NCBI GenBank assembly: GCA_965277715.1
Contig: OZ255836.1
Span: 320,001-384,000 of the forward strand
Length of the DNA: 64,000 nucleotides
Direction: 5' to 3'
From: Gammaproteobacteria bacterium
GTDB taxonomy: Bacteria; Pseudomonadota; Gammaproteobacteria; JBCCGL01
Position numbers and translations under genes: made by a program. Under the pieces are notes generated by a model. The model was not told where the DNA came from and did not search any database. It was given only the letters and a program-made list of their open reading frames with translations. Each line of letters begins with the position of its first letter. Within the stretch, counting starts at the first letter, position 1. Below, piece by piece: positions 31,376 through 40,300 of the stretch.

Positions 31376-31897
31376 ATGAAGAAAATTCTCACCTTAGTAT
31401 TAATGCTTGTTCCTCTTGTTTTATCTGCCGCTGAGTATCCGTCACTACTCAAAGTTCCGGTAGGCGAAAGATTTTCCCACCCTCAAGGGATGCAAAACAA
31501 AGATAAAGGTGGGCCTACAACTCAATTCCGAGTCCCAAATCATGGTAACATTTCATCTATTTTTCCTGAGTATTCAATTGCCTATTTAAATGCAACAGGT
31601 CACGTGGTAATAGTAACAGCAGAAAAGGCAGTTAAAAATTGGGAAGAATGTGAGAGCCTGGAAGAGAAGGCATCGCTGCTAATCAGTCAAGCATTTCCTA
31701 ACTATAAGAGTTCACCCGTTTCCAATAGTCAGCTTGGCGCTCCCGGCGAGTTTTCGTTAGAATCAGCAGATACTTACTACGTGCTTCGGTGTAAAGGTTC
31801 GTATGGCCCGTTTGCATACCTTCATTTTCAAATTCGCAGCAAGAGCCAAGATATAGAGTTAAAAAATGCATGGGATGAATACTTCAAAAAGCAATAG
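31376..31897 (+). CDS. Cassette 14: exported hypothetical protein
   Basis: Signal peptide MKKILTLVLMLVPLVLSA; two Cys. Confidence 0.72.
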   Translation: MKKILTLVLMLVPLVLSAAEYPSLLKVPVGERFSHPQGMQNKDKGGPTTQFRVPNHGNISSIFPEYSIAYLNATGHVVIVTAEKAVKNWEECESLEEKASLLISQAFPNYKSSPVSNSQLGAPGEFSLESADTYYVLRCKGSYGPFAYLHFQIRSKSQDIELKNAWDEYFKKQ

Positions 31898-31978
31898 TGC
31901 TAACAAGGCGCTCAAAATCGCCCACAAAAAGCGTGGGCTGGGACGCGCTAACGCGCGCCCTTTAGTGCGACGTTAACT
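31898..31978 (+). repeat. attC14 (81 bp)
   Basis: TGCTAAC..GTTAACT; two internal hairpins. Confidence 0.88.
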
Positions 31979-31997
31979 GCCTACGAATGGAGAATCA

Positions 31998-32218
31998 ATG
32001 AACGCGAAAGAAATTGGACGTAAAGCAGGCAGGATACTCGAATTCCATTTACCTGATCACTGGATATTTAGATCACAAGAAGATCAAGAGGATTACGGTA
32101 TAGATGGTGAAATTGAACTTGCTAATGAATCTGACAATGCAACCGGTTTTATCTTTAAAGCTCAAATAAAAGGTCAGAAAGCAGTTTCCATAATCGAAAA
32201 TGGAACCATTGCATATTT
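31998..32218 (+). pseudogene. Cassette 15: DUF4365-domain (PD-(D/E)xK-like) protein truncated by ISL3
   Basis: WIFR....EDYGIDGEIE......TG.IFKAQIKG; the ISL3 IR starts at 32219. Confidence 0.8.
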
Positions 32219-33536
32219 GGTTCCTCCCCGGTTTGTGTGAGGTTATAGTATTTCCTCCCCCTTTGCTATTGAGAGACTCCGGTGCTATCGAGCCTTGAAG
32301 AACACTACAGCCAGCTCCTGGGCCTGACAGATGACTGGTCAGTGACATCAGTTGATTTAGACCCTTCAGGGTTAAAAGTATCCATTTCGTTGGCGTTTAG
32401 CGGCAACCACGGCCCTTGCTCGCACTGTGGAGAAGTGAGTCCGTTCTATGATCACCGTTCACAAGAGCGATCCTGGAGACACCTGGATATTATGCAGTTT
32501 GAAACGCGCCTACACAGTCGCATTCCCCGAGTAAATTGTCTGGAGCATGGTGTTAAAAGTATGATGTTACCCTGGGCAAGCAAGAGCAGTCGTTTTACGT
32601 TGTTGTTTGAATTATTTTCCATCAGGGTGTTGCAAGCCTCACGTAGCGTCGAAGAGGCGCGTAAGTTACTGGGACTTAGCTGGAACGCAGTGGAAGCCAT
32701 CAAAGCCCGCGCTGTCGAACGGGGACTTTCGCGTCGGGAATTGGTGACAATTGAGTACCTGGGTATTGATGAGAAGTCCCACCGTAAAGGGCATGACTAT
32801 GTGACGCTCATCAATGATATCGATGGAGGGCGAGTATTGGATGGAGTGAAAGATCGCACCCAGGCAGCGTGTGAGGAGGCGTTGGAGGTTGCGCTGACGG
32901 ATAACCAGCGAGAACAGGTGAAAGCTGTCGCTATTGATATGTGGCCTGCGTTCATTAATGCCGTTGAGGTAAAACTGTCAGACAGTGCGATTGTTCACGA
33001 CCGTTTTCATATTAGCCAACACCTGAATAAGGCGGTGGATCAGGTCCGTCGTGACGAACATAGAGACCTTTTGTCACAGGGTGATACTCGATTGAAAAAG
33101 AGTCGTTATCACTGGTTAAAAAATGAAGAAAATTTGTCTAACAAAGCAGCCGAGCACTTTGAGTCACTCAAGCATGATCAGTTATTGACAGCCCGAGCCT
33201 GGGCGATAAAAGAACTGTTTCGTGATTTTTGGACGTATAAGACAGCGGGTTGGGCAAAGCGTTTCTTTAGCGCATGGTATGCGTGGGCAATTCGGTGCCG
33301 ATTGGACAGCATAAAGAAAGTGGCCAAGATGATAAAAACGCACATGCCGAACATATTGACATGGTTTAAGCACACAATAAGTAATGCCGTGTCAGAGGGT
33401 TTGAATTCAAAAATTCAGACAGTCAAATCGAATGCAAGAGGGTTTCGTTCGTTTGAAAGTTACCGGCGGAGTATTTTGTTTTACTGTGGAAAGCTGGATA
33501 GGGAACCAGTGGCTTCACAATAATCGGGGAAGAACC
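32219..33536 (+). mobile_element. ISL3-family element (transposase 32282-33523)
   Basis: IRs GGTTCCTCCCCG / CGGGGAAGAACC; zinc finger CxxC..CxxH, GIDE, IDMW, DRFH, SNAVSEGLNSKIQ. Confidence 0.93.
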
Positions 33537-33707
33537 GGTTTTTTAGTAGAATCGATGAGTCAAAAAGGCAATGCTGAACCCGCCAACACAAGTTAGGCGG
33601 TGTACTAAGTAGAACAAAGTAACCCTACAGGCGCGTTAAGTGCTTGCACACTATCCAATGAAGCTTGTAAGATACTGATATATAGTGGGAATAAGGACTT
33701 AATAAGT

Positions 33708-34256
33708 ATGTTTACGATAAAAAAAGTATTATTCAGCAGCGCGGTTGTTGTGGCGTTGGTCGGTGTCTACGCACTGGTAACCAGCGGCATTATTACCCAT
33801 AGTAATAATATTCCCGCCACGGCTGTGTTCAAACCGGAAGTCCTGTCCCAGGATTACCTATCGAAGAATCTTCTCCAGAAAACACCTGAACCCACTGTTA
33901 TAGAACAAAGTGCTGATGGACGCGGTGTTATAAAAGGTGCTTTGCCGCCTGAGCTGGTGCCAGTAAAAGCATCGCTTGATCAGCTTGATGCCACTGTCAT
34001 CCAGGCAAAACAAACACTTGAGCAACAAGCCGTCGATGCAGAAGGTTATCAACAGTTTCAGCGTGCTGACAGCACCGTCGATAATATGCAGGCACTGATC
34101 GCCGGTATTATTACCCGTGAAGGTATCGATGCCGCCGCACTCAGCCGCGCCGATCAAGAACAAAACAGGGTCTATCCCAAAACGGCTGAAGCACAGGCGC
34201 TTCTAGACGATCTGGCGAGCACTAAACAAAAACTGGAAAATATCGGTAAACCCTAA
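33708..34256 (+). CDS. Hypothetical membrane-anchored helical protein upstream of the Rhs gene
   Basis: RBS AAGGA, N-terminal hydrophobic segment; 182 aa. Confidence 0.7.
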   Translation: MFTIKKVLFSSAVVVALVGVYALVTSGIITHSNNIPATAVFKPEVLSQDYLSKNLLQKTPEPTVIEQSADGRGVIKGALPPELVPVKASLDQLDATVIQAKQTLEQQAVDAEGYQQFQRADSTVDNMQALIAGIITREGIDAAALSRADQEQNRVYPKTAEAQALLDDLASTKQKLENIGKP

Positions 34257-34348
34257 GATTCGCTCAAGCAACTAAAAATCATCGGTACGCTCGGTTGCGC
34301 AAAGCACCGATACGGTAGCCGGGAAATACAACGACAGGAATACAAGGC

Positions 34349-37300
34349 ATGTATAGTTTTATTAAGATCATAGCTAAAACCCTTCTGACATTCGCCGCAC
34401 TGTTGGTGATACAAATCACCCCATCGCTTGCTGAAGAGCAACTGTTAGTTGGCAAGCTCAGTGGTGATGCTGAAGTGCGACAGGGTATGCTTAGCTACAG
34501 TCTGCCGCTGGAATTACCGGCTGGAGTCCATGATATGCGCCCGGCGTTGTCACTCAATTACCAGCAGGGAGCCAGCAACGGTGTTTTCGGCCTTGGCTTT
34601 GCACTCGGTGGTGTCTCTTCTATTCAGCGCTGCGCGGCGGATGAGGACAACGACGGTTTTCAGGGTGCGATTCGTTTCGATAGCAATGATCGCTATTGTC
34701 TCAACGGCCAGCGATTGATAGTGGTTGCCGGTACTGACGGTGGTAATGGCAGCGAATACCGTCTGCGCTACTCGCCCGGTACCAAGGTCACTGCACATGG
34801 TCAGCAGGCATCGGGGCCTGAGTACTGGGAAGTAAGATCGGCAGATGGTTTTATCCACCGCTATGGGCAAGGTGGCGACAGCATTAAACTTATCGCTGGC
34901 AAAGCCCAGCAGTGGTATCTACGCGAACAGCGTGATCGATTTGACAACACGCTTACCTATACCTATCAGAATCAAAATGGACTAATACAACTAAAGGACA
35001 TAGAGTACTCCAGTTACACCGTCGAGTTCGTCTACCAACAGCGTCCCGATGTGATGACCTCCTATCAGCTCGGTGAGGCTACTACACAGGATAACCGTCT
35101 AAGTCGTTTGCAGGTAAAACGCCAGAGTCAATTGATCTACGAATACCGTTTCGGTTACTCGGATAGCCCTGATGATGCATTCATTCCACCGGGTATAGCA
35201 CGCGACAACAGCCAGACGAAACTGGAGCACGTAGCTCGGTTGCGCGTTCAGGCAGACAGTATCGATGAGCTCATTGAGGAACGACGTAGCGAGCGTGCTC
35301 AGCATACCGATCAACTCGATGAATACAGTGCACAAAGTGCTGATCTGGAAGAAAAAATTCAGAATGCCGAGGATGATGCCACTAATAAACAGAATGCCGC
35401 GACGCTATACCGCAGCAATGCACTGCAATTGCAGCAGGAGGCTATGCAGATATACCAGCAGCACACCACGACGACCACTGAAGCCTACCCAAATCCGGTG
35501 CCTATTTCGGTTGGCGATATTATGTTTTTTGTCCACGAACACACCAACACCACCTTCAATAGTTCTTTCTGGGAAACTGCCCATGAGGATAAACTGGCGC
35601 AGTCAAATAGTTACATGCGATTGGCTAGTAGCCACGAAGATCTCGCACAAGCCAGTACTGAAAGCGCTCAGGGCTATAGCGAGGCGATAGCGGAAATCGA
35701 GGCTGCGCGCACTCTGCCACAACACGCCGCCGAACTGGCCAACGCAAGTATCAGCAAACTCGAAGCCTCGGCTGCCAGCCTGCGCCAACAGGCGGACACC
35801 CTTGAGGATGATGTGGCCACCACTCTCAACCAGCAGGTACAGACCAACACCACTTCGACAGCCAGCGAGTCGCGCTACAGTCGCCTGTCGAAAGTAACGC
35901 GCTGCGATGCGCAAGGCAACTGCCTTGCCCCATTGCAGTTCGACTACCACTCAGAACCTGCGGAAATTAGCGCCCCCAGCGCTATTCAGCAGGTGTTACT
36001 TGCCGCCTCGGATGAACCTCTTACCTATGTTGTTGGCGATCTGAATAAGGATGGTAACAATGACCTCTGCTACTATGAGGATGGTCTGTACTGCTCACTG
36101 AATGCAGGTGACGGTAACTTCTCCACGGCCACTAAGTGGACAACCGCGTTGGATCCGGGTGCTGGCGGTGAAAACTGGACCAACTCCAACGACGATGACC
36201 GTGGCGAAGAAGAAAAACTCATTACCTTGAGTTTGATTGATATCAACCGTGACGCACAACCTGATTATTGCCTGCTCGGTGACAACGGCATTTTCTGTGG
36301 TATCAACGAAAACGGCGAGCGCTTTGTTGATAGCAGTTATAAGGTGAGTGACCTCACTATCGACAATGCCGTACGCTTTATTGATATAGACCGTGATCGG
36401 TGGGTGGATTTTTGCGCCTTTAAAGAGGACGGCCTGTACTGTGCACGCAACCTGGAAGGCACGTCAGTGACTGAGACCGTCAAAGTGCCCGGTACTGATT
36501 TTGGCTTTTTGCTGGAGCATGCCGTCAGCAAAACCACTACTACCATACATAAGACTAAAGGCGATGACCGTATTGAAACCAGCACCACAACCGAAACCAG
36601 CACCACAACCGAAACCAGCAAAACCCCCCAGCCCTCCCGCATGGATGTCAATGGCGATGGCTATGCGGATATCTGTGGTCTGAAACGCGATCCAGATTCA
36701 TCTGATCTGGACTATCAGTGCGCCCTGGGCCACGGTTATGCCAGCGTAGATGGAGTTGAATACCCTGAGTTTGGTAGTCCTGAGGTATGGGCCGCTAGTT
36801 TGCCAGCACTCAGTACCACACAGGAATTTATCGAAACAAGAGTCCTGAACCGCACGTTTCGCCACGCTGATATCAACGCCGATGGTTTGGCTGATCTCTG
36901 CTACCGGCGTGGTGGTGACTATATGTGCCGAATCAACACTGGGGCAGGTTTTAACGCTGAGACGAGTTGGTTTACTTTTAGCGGGGCAGACTGGGCCGAG
37001 AGTGTATGGTTGCCGGTCATTGAGGCCTCAATCAGCCTGACCGACAGGAATGGTGATCAGCTGGCAGATTTCTGCACCCTGGTTGCCGACGAACAAAAAT
37101 GCGCCTATAGCGACGGTGGGGCGTTTACCAATTATGCCGCCAGGATGCCAGTATTGGCCGACTATGAGATTGAAGATAAGAGCGAATCACTCTACCTGCA
37201 CTCGCTAAAAAGACTATTTGGGCTAAAAACCCATATCCACACAGTCATCATGCGTGCCGCCTATGGCCCCTTCAAGCAAGTGTCGGATATTGACGGTGAC

Positions 37301-40300
37301 GGCTACCCGGATGATTGCTACCGTAGCCACGACGGCATTAGCTGTGGTATCGCCGTCTACCAACCACTGGCGCGCTTGGTGTCAGTTACCGACGGCTATG
37401 GTTTGCGCACGGACTTCAACTATTCCAATCTCGCCAGCCCCGCAGTCTACACCCCAGAAAGTGATGCGGTGTCACCACTGCTTGATATCACACCGGCAAC
37501 ACTGGTGATTAACAGCATTGTCTCGGACAACGCTATAGGTGGTAAAAACACGCTGGAATTCCACTACCAGGGCTATAAAACCCACCGTGAAGATGGTGCT
37601 GTTGGTTACCACAAGATAGAGAAACGCAATCTCACCAGCGGCCTCACTACCTTGACCGAGTACAGCACCGATGAGCTGCTAAAAGGCACGCCAGTGCGCG
37701 TGACCCAGCATTCTAACGGCCAGCTGATAAGCGAAACCGCCTCCACTCACGAAGAAATAACCGACCCACTTACCGGTCGGGAGCGCGCTCGTGTTAGCTA
37801 TTCTGTAGAGCACGATTACGCACTCGACGGCAGCCTGATAAAAACCGAGGAAACCCACTACCACGCATACAACGCTTTCGACCAGCTGCTGCGCTTGGAA
37901 ACGGTTACCCGTGGTGCCGATGGTATCGAGTATCGTCAACTTACTGAGAGTAATTACCTCAACGATGAGGCCGAGTGGGTACTGGCCAAACCCTTAACAA
38001 TAGAAGTTACCCACTCTGTGCCAGGTGATACCAAAAAACGCGCCACCGCGTTCAGCTACTACCCCAACGGCGCCCTGCGTACTGAAACCATACAGCCCGG
38101 TCATCCATTGGCCCTGGAAAGTACCTTTAGCTATAACACCGAAGGTAATCTCACACAGACCTTCATCAAGGGCGTTGAGAGTAGCGAAACGCGTACTAGC
38201 AGCCTGGGTGAATACGACGTCGATGGCCGCCCTGGGCTTGCCACTAATGCACTGGGGCATACCAACCGCACGCAGTACCATGCACTGTGCGGGCTGCCGG
38301 TGGCACAAACCGATGCCAATGGCCTGAGTGTCTTGTGGGAGTACGATGGTGCCTGTCGAAAAATCAAGGAAACCCTGCCAGATGGCCAGGTGACCGAGTG
38401 GTTTTACCAGTGGAGTGACGGCGCCGACGCAGGGCTGGATTACCAGTCCCTGGGGCTGCCGCTGGGGGATCGCAGCGTGTATATGATTACCGAGCGCAAC
38501 AACACGACCGGTGCCTGGTCACGCATATACTACGATGCCCTGGATCGCGAAGTGCGCACTATGCACCTGGACGGCAATTACAAATACGTGATTACCGATA
38601 AGGTATACAACCACCGTGGTCAAATTGCCGCTGCCACCCTGCCGTATTTTGAAGGTCATTTCCCCGGTGATAACACTTTCTGGTCGACCATTGAGTATGA
38701 CCAACTGGGCCGACAACTGGCGCAACATATGCCATCCAGTGATGGCCCTATTACCACCCGCTATGAATACCAGGGGCTGACTACTACCGTTATTGAACCC
38801 AATGATTATCGTAAGGTCACGGTAAGCGATGTGCGCGATAACCCTGTTTCCATTGATGAAAATGGTGCGTCCACGGTCAGCTATCAGTACGATGCCTTGG
38901 GTAACGCTATTCAAACCAATAGTAACGGCTATATCACCACGCTGGAGTACGACCAGCTGGGCAATAAAATAGCGATGAGCGACCCCTCGATGGGGCGTTG
39001 GGAATACCGCTACAATGCCTTCGGCGAGCTGATTTACCAAAAGGATGCCAAGGGCCAGGAAGTTGTATTGCAATACGATGTGCTGGGCCGTAAAACGGCC
39101 AGCCAACAGGTCGATGGAAACTACCATTGGCGTTACGACAGTGCCGAAAACGGCCTGGGCCAGCTCAGCGAGCGCGAAGGGCCGGAATCGCTGCGTCGCT
39201 ACACCTATGATGATCTCGCCAGACCAGACAGCGAAACCCTGAATATCGATGGTCGCCGCTTTACCACGCGCAACAGTTACGACCAAGCCAGCCGTATCGA
39301 TAAGGTTGAACATGCCGACGGCGTTGTGCTTGAGCACGACTACACATTGGATGGCAATCTCAAGCGGGTCAGCATCCCCAAAAGCGTTATCTGGGACTAT
39401 GACTACCTACAAATTGAAGATGCCTTTAGAGCGATTCTGCAGCGCATAGCCGGGTTGGAAAGCATCGCCACTGAATATGAAAGTCGAGCCGGTCACTATG
39501 CAGGTCAGCTGGAGAAATTTCGCACACTGGCCAACCAGCTCTACGCACAACAGGCTACCACCTTAACTGAAACCCAGCAGATACAAGCGGGTATCGCCGA
39601 GCTGGAAGCCGCGTTGCGCCACGCTCAGGATCGCGCCAGCAATTATCGCACAACGGCGGACGTAGCCTGGCAGGCCTTCGGCAGCAATTACCTCGAATAC
39701 CAGCGCACTACCAACGGTTACCACCTCTACAGCAATACCGAGTGTACCAATAGTAACTGGAAAAGGCATTGCAAGAATCGCAACAGTTTCCACCAATGGA
39801 TAGAGGCCAACCTGATTCAGGATACCGATAATTGCACTAGCTACGTTCGCAGACTCGGCAAGAGTCAGGATTTTGCGGAGATCACTGTTACCCACTGTGT
39901 ATGGGGGCCAAAATCGCGTATTAATGTATCAGAAGTGTATCTGCAAGCGGCCAGCCAATGGCAGTCAGAAGCGGATGCAATAGCTGAACAACTCGACGAT
40001 TCCAATGCGCAGCTTGCCCATTTTGATGGCGTTGCCGATGAATATGGTGCACTGGCCAGTAACTATATGGCGCTGGCAACGATTTATGCGGACATGGCGC
40101 GCCGTCAAACCGATATGCTTGCGGCTATTAGCACAGAGTTGGAAGATCTGAGAAATGCCGCGCAGGAACTGGAAACAGTATTGGGTGACGATACTCAGGA
40201 TGATAAAACAGTATTGTTATGGGCGTCGACCAGCCGTGATGCGGCGGGCCGTTTGCAGGGCGAATTGTATGGCAATGGCCTGCTGACTCGGCGCGAGTTT

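Noticed and set aside
23062-31978. Spaced palindromes as a CRISPR array or REP elements
   Set aside because: The units are non-identical, separated by whole genes and bounded by AAC..GTT. They are attC sites, and no cas genes are present.
33581-33600. CGCCAAC-ACAA-GTTAGGC, resembling an attI1 core upstream of the Rhs module
   Set aside because: The spacer is 4 bp rather than 5, and no attC closes the downstream genes; more likely a small hairpin or chance match.
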